Under the pieces are notes generated by a model that had not been told where the DNA came from, did not search any database, and saw only the letters and a list, made by a program, of their open reading frames with translations. From Scyliorhinus canicula (lineage: Eukaryota), in assembly GCF_902713615.1 (NCBI RefSeq), contig NC_052154.1, positions 37,128,322 through 37,192,321 of the forward strand: DNA of 64,000 nucleotides, written 5' to 3'. Both the position numbers and the translations under genes were made by a program. Each line of letters starts with the position of its first letter. Positions within the stretch are counted from its first letter, which is position 1. Below are positions 33,963 to 46,229 of the stretch, piece after piece.

Positions 33963-35232
33963 TATGAGCAACTCTGAATGAATGGGTTGTAGAGACCTGG
34001 GATGAAATCAGAATGGAGCTGCTCATTAAATTATTCAAGAAATATTGTATACCAATGTACTAGATGGCACAGCAGATGATTATTTGTGGAATGGTGTGGC
34101 TAACAACGACATTATTGCTGATGAAGGTGATGGTGATAATCCACTTGATGTCATTCAAGAACAGCATTACTTGGTTCTCAAGATGAGCAGGAGGATGATT
34201 TTTCTGGATTTTAATAAACACAGTGCATGCTTTGGTTGCAAGATAATGTTCTTCTCTGTGCTTTTGAAATAAAACTGAATATTGTTGTTGAAATCTGTAC
34301 ATATGGCTTCTGTTTTTGATGAATTTAATACATTTCATGAATTGTGTATACAAATTGTGTATACAAATTAATATCTATCACCGTGGAGGTTATGATTTAT
34401 AAATAATAATTCAATAGAAAAAAATATTTTAAATCTCCTATTGTGCTATTTTTGGGGGTGCAGTTAGTGGGACAGTCTCCAACCTGGCAACTCTGTGATA
34501 GCATGAAAATGGGAGAGGATGGATTTCAAACCCTCATGTAAAAGCCGGATTTTCATAACTACATTTTTGACAAAATGGAAGGGAACAACCTTTACATAAG
34601 TATTTACAATAATAGCATTTATAAAAATTGTAACACAACTGTAAATCGATTAGTTTCCTTAGATGTTTCAGACAAATGTTTCTGTTCAGAACTAAATTTT
34701 TATAGAACATTATAGAGCTAAGCAAAAGGAAATGCAGCAAAAATGTCATGTGGACAATTAAACTTAATGCCCAAAGTAATTTGCAAGGATTGGCATTTTA
34801 AAATAACTTTTAAAATACCTACATTTTCCTTGAAAATTAGGTTTAGTGTGGGATAATATAATGACTGCAAAATCAATTCATCCTGCGCATATGTTGTGTT
34901 ATATTTTATTTGGTAACTGAGGTACTTCATTAAAAGGATGCAATGTCAGCAGAAATAAGTCTTGAAATCATTTCAAAAGTAATATTTGAGGCTTATGATG
35001 ATATGAATAAACATTACATTGATATGGCACTAACCATGATGATAATCTAATTTCCCTACTGAAAATTGCCTTTGTTTAATTACAGCCTTTCAAAAATAGC
35101 AGCAATACACCAAATTCACTGCAATGATATTAAAGGCCACTTAATTTGCCAGAAGTGCTGAAAAGTAGCAAATACCTGTGTGGGAATATTTGTCAAATAA
35201 GTAAATCAAATTGATCTCATAAAAGCACTCAC

Positions 35233-35277
35233 CTGACCATCTTGACTAACGTGTACCTGGTGTATTTGAAGATTGCC
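35233..35277 (-). CDS. BANP: BANP coding micro-exon, 45 bp
   Basis: Translates GNLQIHQVHVSQDGQ (human as remembered: GNLQIHHVGQDGQ). Acceptor tttctttacaaacag, donor GTGAGT, phase 0/0, in the correct order after the previous exon. Confidence 0.93.
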
Positions 35278-36663
35278 CTGTTTGTAAAGAAATGTATAAA
35301 AAAATACATTACATCATTTAACAGTCTTTTCATCTTGCAGTTTACCCCATTCATCAGATTGATGTTTTCTCCTTCAGAAACTAATTTGAAGGTCCATTTG
35401 TTTAATGAATAAATGCATGAGGCAGCAAGTTAGTCTTTTAGAATAAGTGACAATGCATCCCTTGTGACCATTGTTGGACCAAACCAATGGTTGCATTTGG
35501 ATTGAAATTAGCTCAGTAGATTCACCCTCCCCAGGTTTTAAGGCACTGGTATGATAACTGCAATCCAGTGCAGACAAGCTAACTGCCCAATTTCATCAAT
35601 GAAATAAAAATAGTAAACATTGGAAGTACACAATAGGTCAATCAGCATCTGTAGAAGAAAGAATACGTTTTGGGCATATATCCTTCCCAGTTCCTTTTCA
35701 AGATTTTCTTTCCATCATGAAGTTCAGTAATGACCCTGACCTAAGCAAGGCATTTCTGAGATAAATTATAAATAATATTGTACTACTTCTGTAAGGTTCT
35801 GAAGGGCTAGCCATGGTGCCGTAGCCCAGCAAAGAGCCCATACATGGAAGAAAGAAAACTGATAAGGAAAACTGAAATTATGTTACGTAATTGGTACAAC
35901 CCCATGCTGTCTTCTGGATGAATGCATCAACGAAGACAAGATCCAAGAATAAAATAGCACTTTATGTTCCTGAACATTCCAGAAACAGTAAAGTATAATC
36001 AGTAAAGGTGAAGAGGTAACATGATGCAGGTTTCAAACAGAGAACAAAATTGCAGTGGAGCAGTGGAGAATCGACTGAAGATGTTAAGATGAGAGAATCA
36101 TCTAAATGATAATCGAGACAAATGGTTGCATAAAGTTCTATGGGTGCATAAAAAGGATTAGAAGACATCTTTTAATTAGTTGAATTGCTTCACAGTGTTC
36201 AAAATTTTTTAAAGTTTACTTGAAAGTTTGAAGAAACAGACACAAGCTAACACTGGTTGATGATATCTGGGCATTAACCTCGCAAACAGCGGTGTGGTTT
36301 TTGTACTTTATGAGTATGAGATTAACTATCTGTAATTCACCAAACAACAACTTGAAAATTGACCTTAAATTTAAGGGATTATTTAAAACTGCAATTTCTT
36401 GGAATTGTAAGCGTCAGCACAGGACTACTAAATTCAATGGAAAATGGTGTGAAGTTTTGATACAATACTGATGATTGTGAAGTGTGTGATAACACCTTTC
36501 AGAATAATGGTAATTTAGCATCCTGCATGGAATCCTGTCTTTCACTGTTTTACAAAAAGAAATGCTTGCACAAAAAGACTTGGGAGGAGCATCCTGTATT
36601 ATGATGTGATATATGAAATATGGAAAACGTATCAATTTTTTCTTTTCCTTGGTCTTGAAATCC

Positions 36664-36874
36664 TGCCTGGAATTCTTTGGCTGTTCGCTAGCGGCAGGAT
36701 TCTCTGGTTCCACTGGCAGTGCACCAACGCTTGTGGGTTTCCTGGCAGCGTAGGGTGGTTTCAATGGAAATTCCCATTGACAGCAGTGGGAATAGAGAAT
36801 GCCCCCGCCACCGAATAGCGCACCACCTCCTGCTGCCGAGAAACAAGAGCCTGGGAGGTTGGAGAATACAGCCC
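36664..36874. mobile_element. Harbinger-type MITE
   Basis: Ends ggagaatacagccc; internal aatggaaattcccattgac shared with 15385-15550. Confidence 0.7.
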
Positions 36875-36932
36875 ACTGTGCATGTTATAACGTTTTACTC
36901 AAAAGAAAATAGGAGAATCTGTTAATGGTATG

Positions 36933-37203
36933 TTCATAGAAGCATAGAATTTACAGTGCAGAAGAAGGCCATTCGGCCCATCGAGTCCGGCCCTTGGAAA
37001 GAGCACCCTACCCAAACCCACAACTCCACCCTATCCCCGTAACCACACCTAACCTTCTTTGGACACTAAGGGCAATTTAGCATAGCCAATGCATCTAACA
37101 TGCACATCTTTAGACTGTGGGAGGAAACCGAAGCACCCGGAAGAAACCCATGCAGACATGGGAAGAACGTGAAGACTCTGCACAGACAGTGACCCAACTC
37201 TGG
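36933..37203 (-). mobile_element. HE1-like SINE lacking its head
   Basis: Core and CR1 tail present. Confidence 0.8.
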
Positions 37204-37389
37204 GCAAGGTGGGCGAGGCACTCTGTGCTGTGAGCCTCACCAGGCAGACTGGCATGCAGTGCCGCAAGACGACTTCTTAGGACAGCTCGGGTGAGCCCCC
37301 ACCTGTCCCCCTGGCATGACACCTGTCCCTCACTCTTCACATCACACCCCACTCCCACAGAGGCCAATCAAAACTCGCCTACCAACATC

Positions 37390-39300
37390 TTTTTAAAAAT
37401 TCATTCACAGGAAGTGGCGTCGCTGGTTAGGACAGCATTTATTGCCCTTCAGAAAGTGGAGTTGTCATCTTGAACCACTGCAGTCCCTAAGGTGTAGGCA
37501 CATCTGCTGTGCTATTAGGGAAGGAGTTCCGGGATTTGACCCAGCGACAGTGAAGAACAATGATATATTTCCAAGTCGGTGTGGTGGGTGGCTTGGAGTG
37601 CAACCTCCAGGTGGCGGGGCTTCCAGCTATCTGTTGCTCTGGTCTTTCTAGATGGTAATGGTCATGGGTTTGGAAGGTGCTACCTATGGGACCTTGGCGA
37701 GTCCCTGCAGTGTATTTTGTAGATGGTACACATGGCTGCCACTGTTACAGTCTGTGGTGGAGCGATTGAATATTTGTGGAAGAGTAACAATCAAGCGGGC
37801 TGCTTTGTCCTGGACGTTATAGAGATTCTCGAGTGTTGTTGGTGCTGCACACATCCAGGCAAGTGGAGAGTATTCCATTACACTCCTGACTTGCCTTGTA
37901 GATGGTGGACAGGCTTTTGGAGGGGCGGGGGCAGGAGGTGAATTATTCGCTTTAAGATTTCTAACCTTTGATCTGCTCTGGTAGCCACAGTATTAATCTG
38001 GCCAGTAAAGTTTAGTTTCTGATCAATGGTAACCCTCACGTGGTTGATTGTGGGGTATTCAGCGATGGCAATGCTATTGAATGTATGGTTAGATCCTCTC
38101 TTGTCGGAGATGGTCAATGCTTGGTACTTGTGTGGCACAAATGCAACTTGTCACATGTCAACTCAAGCCTGGATATTGTCCAGGTCGTACTGCATTTGGA
38201 CATGGTCTGCTTCATTATCTGAGGAGTCCCGAATGGTGTTGAACATTGTGCAGTCATCCGCAAATATCCCCACTTCTGACTCTACGATGGAAGGGAGGTC
38301 ATTGATAAAGCAGCTGAAGGTGGTTGGATCTAGGACACTTCCCGGAGGAACTCCTAGTGATGGCCTGGAGCTGAGATGATTGACCTCCAACTACCACAAC
38401 CATCTTCCTTTGTGCCAGGTATGACTCAAATCAGCAGAAAGTCCCCCCACCCACTCCGATTCACATTGACTCCAGTTTTGCTAGGGCTCCTTGATGCCAT
38501 ACTCCATCAAATGCTGTCTTGATGTCAAGGGCAGTCACCCTGACCTCATCTGTGGCATGCAGCTTTTTTGTCTACGTTTGAACAAAGGCTGTAATGAGGT
38601 CAGGAGCAGAGTGATTCTGGGGGAACCCACTCTGAGCGTCTATGAGCTGGTTATTGCTAAGTGCCGCATGATAGCACTGTTGCTAACTTCTTCCATTATT
38701 TTGCCGACGATGGAGAGTAGACGGATAGGGCAGTACTTTTCTGAGTTGGATTTGTTCTGTTTCTTATGTACAGGACACACCTGGGCAATATTCCACATTG
38801 CCAGGTAGATGCCACGGTTGTAGTTGTATCAGAACAGCTTGGCTAGGGGTGTGGCAAGTTCAGAAGCTCAAGTCTTCAGTACTATTGCCGTAATATTGTC
38901 AGGACCCGTAGCCATTGCAGTATTCAGTGCCTTCAGCCGTTTCTTGATATCGTGTGAACTGAATTGTATTGGCTGAAGACTGGCATCTGTGATGTTGGGG
39001 CCTCCGGAGGGGACTGCAATGGATCATCCACTCAGCACTTCTTGCAAATGTTTCAGCCTTATCTTTTGCACAGTTATGCTGGGCTTTTCTATCACGGAAG
39101 ATGGGGATATTTGTGGAGTCTCCTCCTCCAATGAGTTGTTTAATTGTCCACTACCAGTCATGGCTGTCGGCTGGATGTTGCAGGACTGCAGAGCGTAGAT
39201 CTGACGCATTTGTTGTGGAATTGCTTTGCTGTCTATTACTTGCTGCTTATGCTGTTTGACACACAAGTAGTCCTGTGTTGCAGCTTCACCAGGTTGACAC
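37390..39300 (-). mobile_element. CR1/L2-group LINE, 5'-truncated RT pseudogene
   Basis: GVPPGSVLDPTTFSCFINDL..GIFADDCT (38163-38390); MEYSPLAW..VQDKAARLI (37684-37878). Confidence 0.88.
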
Positions 39301-39699
39301 CTTCTTTTTGTAAAAGGTGTTTGTACTGGGTTTTCATATTTTGTATTTCGGAACTCGTATGATATATGTTACACTTTACACAATTACACCGACCAGGGAA
39401 AAAAAATTATACAAAATATTAAGAAAATGAGCAAGAAATAAAAGGAGGTAAAAAGAGAGGCAAATGTCAGTACAGATATTTATATATAATTGCCTTCTCT
39501 CCTGCTGTGCCTTTGAATGGCCTCTTTTGTTGCCATTCCCAGTTTGGCTTGGGCGCATATTTATAGATGTCTATCTATAGTTTTAGTCCCTTGTCCCTCT
39601 CGATTTCTTGGTGTGTCCTACCCCCACACTCCGCCCCTCCCCTTCTTTCTTTTCTATCTTCATCTCATGACTCACTTGTGTCTCCCCCTTTACTCTGTT

Positions 39700-40020
39700 G
39701 GTTGCTGGCTACAAACCTATCCTGGAACAAGTTGGTGAACGGCTTCTATGCCCTGTGGAAGCCCTCTTCCTATCCTTGGATGGCAAATTTTATTTTCTTC
39801 AATTTGATAAATTCCGCCAGGTTGGACAGCTAGTCTGCAACCATGGGTGATGCTGCTGATAGTCAGCCGAGCAGAATTCTCCTGCGGGCGATCAGGAAGG
39901 CAAAGGTTAGGGCGTCAGCCCCCCTCCCAACGAAGTATTCCGACCGCTCTGAGACCCTGAAGACTGCCACTTTTGGGCATGACTCCACCCTCACCACTCT
40001 GGACAGGGCCACACCTGCCC
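39700..40020 (-). mobile_element. L1-clade ORF2 C-terminal fragment
   Basis: Reverse-complement homolog of 20730-21010. Confidence 0.75.
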
Positions 40021-40743
40021 AGTACAAGGCAAATATGATTCATTATCCTCCAGAACATTTGCATACAGGTCATTACAGCACTATGTGGCTACAGATGAGG
40101 TATCTGTCATCCTACTTAAGGTGTCAGATATTTTGGCATTCAGAGTGTGCATGGCTGTAGTCATGCACTCATTAGAGGGCAAGGTTTAAAATTCTTATGG
40201 AGTTAGTTGCTCCGCCCATGCAATAAGATATCATGTTCGAGGTAGACTCCTCTATTCGCTCTTCAATTGTTGCCACCGAGTAGAAGGTCTGTCAGTACAT
40301 AATGCTTCTCTGCTGCTCCTCAATGAGCATACTTCACTGGCACCTGGGGTACACTGTCTGTGTCCAGCTGAGCAGATCTTGGGCATGATTGAGCTCTCCA
40401 ATGTGGATTCTTCACTGTTGTCCTTGGAGAACCAACTGCTCTTGTTCACATTTGAAATGTGATTACCAGGTATAAACCCAACCATCTATCTAACCAATTC
40501 CACCAAAGAGTGAATATCTGGTACATGGTAATGCTGAATCCTGTGCAAATGAACTCTCAGAACGAATCAGCTCCTCTGAGGACGCACCATTCACAGAATT
40601 CATGGATACACGTTGGATGCATGAAAGCCCTGCAGAGTGTACAGAAATTATTTCTGGCAAGGTAAAACTATGTTGCAAATTTTCATTACGAATATGATCA
40701 TATTTCACTCATTACTGAAATTAAGTCAACGTAACTAAGAATT

Positions 40744-41063
40744 GCAGCATGGTAGCACAGTGGTTAGCACATTTGCTTCACAGACCCAGGGTCCCAGGTT
40801 TGATTCCCAGCTTGGGTCACTGTCTGTGCGGAGTCTGCATTTTCTCCTCGTGACGGCGTGGGTTTCCTCCGGCTCCGGTTTCCTTCCACAGTCCAAAGAC
40901 GTGTGTGTTAGGTGGATTGGCCATGCTAAATTGCCCTTAGTGTCCAAAAAAGGTAGGTGGGTTACGGGTATAGGGTGGAGGTGTGGTCTTGAGAAGGGTG
41001 CTCTTTCCAAGGGCTGGTGCAGACTCGATGGACCGAATGGCCTCCTTCTGCATGAAATCTATG
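40744..41063 (+). mobile_element. HE1-like SINE
   Basis: Head, core and tail as in other copies. Confidence 0.85.
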
Positions 41064-41364
41064 ACATGTGGGTCGCTGAAATTCAATTGCATCTCCAGGT
41101 AGCTGTCAGGTTCTGGTCTCCAATGACCAGGGATGGTGAAATGTCACTAGCCTCTGCAGGTGTCAGCTGGGAAAACTGTGCAGGACTAGAAATAAAAACA
41201 AAAACGTTGGGAAATTTCAGATTTCCAGCATCCACAGTATTTTGATTTTGTATTACTGTGAAGGATCAGCTCTGGTATCGTCACTCTTCCTAGTGTTCTG
41301 TGCTCAAAATAAGTGGGGAAAGAATCACATACATTATTATTAAAGATACTACTGCTGGGCAGAT

Positions 41365-41668
41365 AATCTAATAATAATAATAATCTTTATTGTCACAGGT
41401 AGGCTTACATGAACACATTACATTACTGTGAAAAGCCCCTAGTCACCACATTCTGGCGCCTGTTCGGGTACACAGAGGGAGAATTCAGAATGTCTAAATT
41501 ACCTAACAGCACGTCTTTCAGGGCTTGTGGGAGGAAACCAGAGAACCCGGAAGAAACCCACGCAGACACAAGGAAAATGTACAGACTCTGCACAGTCAGT
41601 GACCCAAGCCGGGAATCTAACCCGGGACCTGGCACTGTGAAGTAGCAGTGCTAACCACTGTGCTACCA
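41365..41668 (-). mobile_element. Chimeric SINE (HE1-like head plus alternative tail)
   Basis: HE1-like head joined to the ctaggggcttttcacagta...gtgacaataa tail of the 2537-type SINE; (TTA)n end. Confidence 0.8.
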
Positions 41669-41774
41669 CTTAGTGGATTCACTTTGATAAACTGTGGCAC
41701 CCTTACATGCAGGTATGCATACTGAAGCACCAAATCAATATTGTTATATGCTATATTGCTATATTGTTTGTGCA

Positions 41775-44143
41775 GTGTTTTGCAGGAGGGTTTTCTGACA
41801 CAGTATGTAGACAGGCCACAAGGGGCGATGCCACATTGGATTTGGTACTGGGTAATGATCCCGGCCAGGTGTTAGATTTAGATGTAGGTGAGCACTTTGG
41901 TGATAGTGATCACAATTCGGTTATGTTTACTTTAGCAATGGGCAGGGATAGGTATATACCGCAAGGCAAGAATTATAGCCGGGGGAAAGGCAATTATGAT
42001 GCTATTCGGCAAGGTTTAGGATGTATAGGATGGGGAAGGAAACTACAGGGGATGGGTACAATCGAAATGTGGAGCTTTTTCAAGGAACAGCTACTGCGTG
42101 TCCTTGATAAGTATGTACCTGTCAGGCAGGGAGGAAGTTGTCGAGCAAGGGAACCGTGGTTTACTAAGGAAGCTGAAGCACTTGTCAAGAGGAAGAAGAA
42201 GGCTTATGTTAGGATGAGACACGAAGGCTCAGTTAGGGCACTTGAGAGTTACAAGTTAGCCAGGAAGGACCTAAAGGGAGAGTTAAGAAGAGCGAGGAGA
42301 GGACACGAAAAGCCGTTGCTGGACAGGATCAAGGAAAACCCCAAGGCTTTCTATAGGTATATCAGGAACAAAAGAATGACTAGAGTAAGATTAGGGCCAA
42401 TCAAGGATAGTAGTGGAAAGTTGTGTGTGGAATCAGAGGAGATAGGGGAAGCGTTAAATGGATATTTTTCGTCAGTGTTTACACTGGAGAAAGACAATGT
42501 TGTCGAGGAGAATACTCAGGTTCAGTCGACCAGGCTAGATGGAATTGAGGTTCACAAGGAGGAGGTGTTAGCAATTTTGGAAAGTGTAAAAATAGATAAG
42601 TCCCCTGGGCCAGATGGGATTTATCCTAGGATTCTCTGGGAAGCCAGGGAGGAGATTGCAGAGCCTTTATCCTTGATCTTTATGTCGTCTTTGTCGACAG
42701 GAATAGTGCCGGTAGACTGGAGGATAGCAAATGTTGTCCCTTTGTTCAAGAAGGGGAGTAGAGACAACCCTGGTAATTATAGACCTGTGAGCCTTACTTC
42801 GGTTGTGGGTAAAATGTTGGAAAAGGTTATAAGAGATAGGGTTTATAATCATCTTGAAAAGAATAAGTTGATTAGCGATAGTCAACACGGTTTTGTGAAG
42901 AGTAGGTCATGCCTCACAAACCTTATTGAGTTTTTTAAGAAGGTGACCAAACAGGTGGATGAGGGTAAAGCGGTTGATGTGGTGTATATGGATTTCAGTA
43001 AGGCGTTTGATAAGGTTCCCCACGGTAGGCTACTGCAGAAAATAAGGAAGTATGGGATTGAAGGTGATTTAGCGGTTTGGATCAGTAATTGGCTAGCTGA
43101 AAGAAGACAGGGTGGTGGTTGATGGCAAATGTTCATCCTGGAGTTCAGTTACTAGTGGTGTACCGCAAGGATCTGTTTTGGGGCCACTGCTGTTTGTCAT
43201 TTTTATAAATGACCTGGAAGAGGGTGTAGAAGGATGGGTTAGTAAATTTGCAGATGACAGGAAGGTCAGTGGAGTTGTGGATAGTGCTGAAGGATGTTAT
43301 AGGATACAGAGGGACATAGATAAGCTGCAGAGCTGGGCTGAGAGGTGGCAGATGGAGTTTAATGCGGAAAAGTGTGAGGTGGTTCACTTTGGAAGGAGTA
43401 ACAGGAATGCAGAGTACTGGGCTAATGAAAGATTCTTGGTAGTGTAGATGAACAGAGAGGTCTCGGCATCCAGGTACATAAATCCCTGAAAGTTGCCACC
43501 CAGGTTAATAGGGCTGTTAAGAAGGCATATGGTGTGCTAGCCTTTATCAGTAGGGGGATTGAGTTTCAGAGCCACAAAGTCATGCTGCAGCTGTACATAA
43601 CTCTGGTGCGGCCGCTCCTGGAGTACTGCATGCAGTTCTGGTCACCACATTATAGGAAGGATGTGGAAGCTTTGGAAAGGGTTCAGAGGAGATTTACTAG
43701 GATGTTGCCTGGAATGGAGGGTCGGTCTTACGAGGAAAGGCTCAGGGATTTGAGGTTGGTTTTGTTAGAGAGGAGAAGGCTGAGAGGTGACTTAATAGAG
43801 ACATATAAGATAGTCAGAGGGTTAGATAGGGTGGACAGTGAGAGTCTTTTTCCTCGGATGGTGATGACCAACACGAGGGGACATAGCTTTAAATTGAGGG
43901 ATGGTAGATATAGGACAGATGTCAGAGGTAGTTTCTTTACTCAGAGAGTAGTAGGAGTGTGGAATGCTCTGCCTGCAACAGTAGTAGACTCGCAAGCGTT
44001 AAGGGCATTTAAGTGGTCACTGGATAGACATATGGATGAAAATGGAATAGTGTAGGTCAGATAGGCTTCAGATGGTTTCACATGTCGGCGCAACATCGAG
44101 GGCCGAAGGGCCCGTACTGCGCTGTAATGTTCTATGTTCTATA
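41775..44143 (+). mobile_element. CR1 LINE, 5'-truncated in EN, young ORF2 pseudogene
   Basis: LDLVL..GDSDHN (EN end), KSPGPDG, NYRPVSLTS, YMDFSKAFDKVPH, GVPQGSVLGP, FADD, RPLLEYC; two frameshifts; tail ttctatgttcta. Confidence 0.95.
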
Positions 44144-44398
44144 TTTGGATTGTTAAACTGTAAACATCTGAGCCAAATAGTACATTGGCTACTCAATTTT
44201 TTAATTTATTGCAATGTTGATGTTGTATGTTGAATATTGACATGGAAATATATGCATCTAGGTAATCCTGAAGGACGTCACCTAAACCACTTTCATAAAA
44301 TAAGTTTAGTGCATCTACAAGTGGCATTAATTTTGTCACAGATTCATGCTCATGAAGGGTGATCAGGAAATCGAACTTGAGCACTATTTTGACCTTAC

Positions 44399-44461
44399 CT
44401 CACTATCCTGAGTAATTTGTACTTGTTCTCCTTGTGGTACCTGTGCGATATGCAGATGTCC
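44399..44461 (-). CDS. BANP: BANP coding exon, 63 bp
   Basis: Translates GHLHIAQVPQGEQVQITQDSE, identical to the remembered human BANP segment. Acceptor gtgcag, donor GTAAGG, phase 0/0. Too short for the ORF track. Confidence 0.95.
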
Positions 44462-44720
44462 CTGCACAGCCAGTAGGCAGAAAAGGCATGGAGAAGGAAG
44501 AAAGAAAAATATTATTAACTGAAACAAATCCAAGAATCTAAAGGGCTTGCTTGCAAATAATTTAGATTAAGTTAGATAGAATTTCCTGCTATTTAACCTC
44601 ACTGGCATATAGACATGGGTATTAAATAAATGCTTGCGTTAGAGTGTTCAGTGGAAAATTGCAGTCATATGCTTCTGCTAAGCACTTTTAGCTTAACCAT
44701 AGCTAATATTTACCTACAGA

Positions 44721-45280
44721 CAGCCAAGCTTTCCCAATTCCCCCTGTTCAACAGCCAAACTTCCTGACTTCCTTCCGCTCGAAAGCCAAGTTTCCCAACT
44801 TCCTCCCACTCGATAGCCAAGCTTCCTGTCCTCTTTCCACTTGACAAGCTTTCCAACCTCATTCTACTTGACAGCGGACCATTCCCACCTTCTTCCGCTT
44901 GCTATCCCTCTCATGAGCACTTGATGGTGAGAATTCAGGAAAGGGTCATCACGCGAAAGGAGATTAGGTAGCTTGGCTGCCGAGTAGGAGGTCAGGAATG
45001 GCTGATGTCAAGCGGGAAGAGGTCAGGAAGCTTAACCGTCAAGCAACGAGGATGGGAACGGTCGCCATCAAGTAGGTGCTGATGAGGAAGGGCCGCCAGC
45101 GATTGAGAGGAGATTGGGAAGCTTAGCCACTGAGGGACATGGTTGTGAAGTGCTCCCGTCAAAAGGGTGGACGTCAGAAAGCTTAGGCATGGAGCAGGAG
45201 GCGGTCAAGAAGTGCCACCATCAAGTGAGAGGAAGGCAGAAAGCTTGGTCACCAAGCAAGGAGGTTGGAAAGGGCCGCCA
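44721..45280. repeat. Foldback array of 31-bp units
   Basis: Units start at 44721, 44752, 44783 and 44814 (cagccaagcttcctgacctcttcccgctcga consensus); reverse-complement units at about 44950-45280 (tcaagcgggaagaggtcaggaagctt). Confidence 0.8.
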
Positions 45281-46009
45281 CCTCTGATGGGTCCTGTCAA
45301 TGGGACAGACCCAGGACGGTTCTGGGAGGTTTGAATTCCTGAGTGTAACTATGTCAGATTGTTATTGGACTAGTTTGTGACATAGCTCCCCCAATTTTAG
45401 CACAACTCTCCAGACGTTAGTAAGGAGAACGTTTCAGGGTTGACAGGGCTGGGTCTGCTGTTGTCGTTTCCGGTATCTAGGTTGGTACCAGCCTGCCGAA
45501 CAGGTGCCGGAATGTGGCGACTCGGGGCTTTTCACAGTAACTTCATTGAAGTCTACTCATGACAATAAGCGATTATATGATACGGGATGGTGAATTTGGT
45601 TTCATTCCTTTTGGACGCTGTAGAAGTTTGATACAAGTGAATGGCATGCTGGTGGTTTCAGAGAGGAATTAAGAGTCAACCACTTTGCTCTTCTGGAATC
45701 ATATGTAGGCCATACCAGATAAGGATGGTAGATTTCCTTTTCTAAAGGACATTAATGATCAAGATGTTTTGTGGTCACTGTTACTGAGACCAGCTTTTAA
45801 TTCCAGATTTTATTAATTGAATTTAAACTACACCAACTGCCATGGTGAGATTTGGACTTGTGCCCCCAGAGCATTTCCAATATTAAAACGGTGACTGCAT
45901 TCCGGCCCCAAAAGGTCATGATGTGCAGCTGAGTACTGTCCTCCCCCCCCCCCCCCCCCGTTTCTTGCAATTCCTGTATCATGGAGGAACCAACTGCTCT
46001 GAGCTCAGT

Positions 46010-46121
46010 GGACGGGATTCTTCGGCGACTGGAATTTCCCGCCCAAGGTCAACTGACCTTTACATGGTTTCCGGCCCATCCGTGGCGATCTTGCGGCAAG
46101 CGCTGCCGAAGAATCCAGCCC
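46010..46121. mobile_element. Minimal Harbinger-type MITE, 112 bp
   Basis: TIRs ggacgggattcttcggc / gccgaagaatccagccc; TSD AGT at 46007-46009 and 46122-46124. Confidence 0.8.
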
Positions 46122-46229
46122 AGTGTTTCCAAGCTTAAGGGGCAGTCACTGCAGAGCATCAAGGAGCCTGAGAGATCCCTAGATCATACATTCCAGGGGG
46201 TTGCCACTCCACAGGCAGCAAGAAATCAC

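Larger units (their letters stand above)
30621..34460 (+). mobile_element. pogo/Tigger-family (POGK-like, DDE_1) DNA transposon remnant with nested insertions
   Basis: Fragments: AAIKFNISEKNVRDWR (about 31030), GWPSRF..VLWQKTK (about 31280), GKIGNMD, CMSDGRKLKPMVIFGRK..KIWLRKVW (31745-31910), IPSGLTS..NPFKD (33420), EWVVETWDEI..KLFKK..LDGTADDYLW (33980-34090). Left end ccatatatactc; right end approximate. Confidence 0.8.

Noticed and set aside
41707-43122. 471-aa ORF as an active reverse transcriptase
   Set aside because: 5'-truncated, the start lies in flanking DNA, and it frameshifts before the FADD motif.
44721-45280. CRISPR-like periodicity
   Set aside because: Units are contiguous and degenerate with no unique spacers, there are no cas genes, and the context is eukaryotic.
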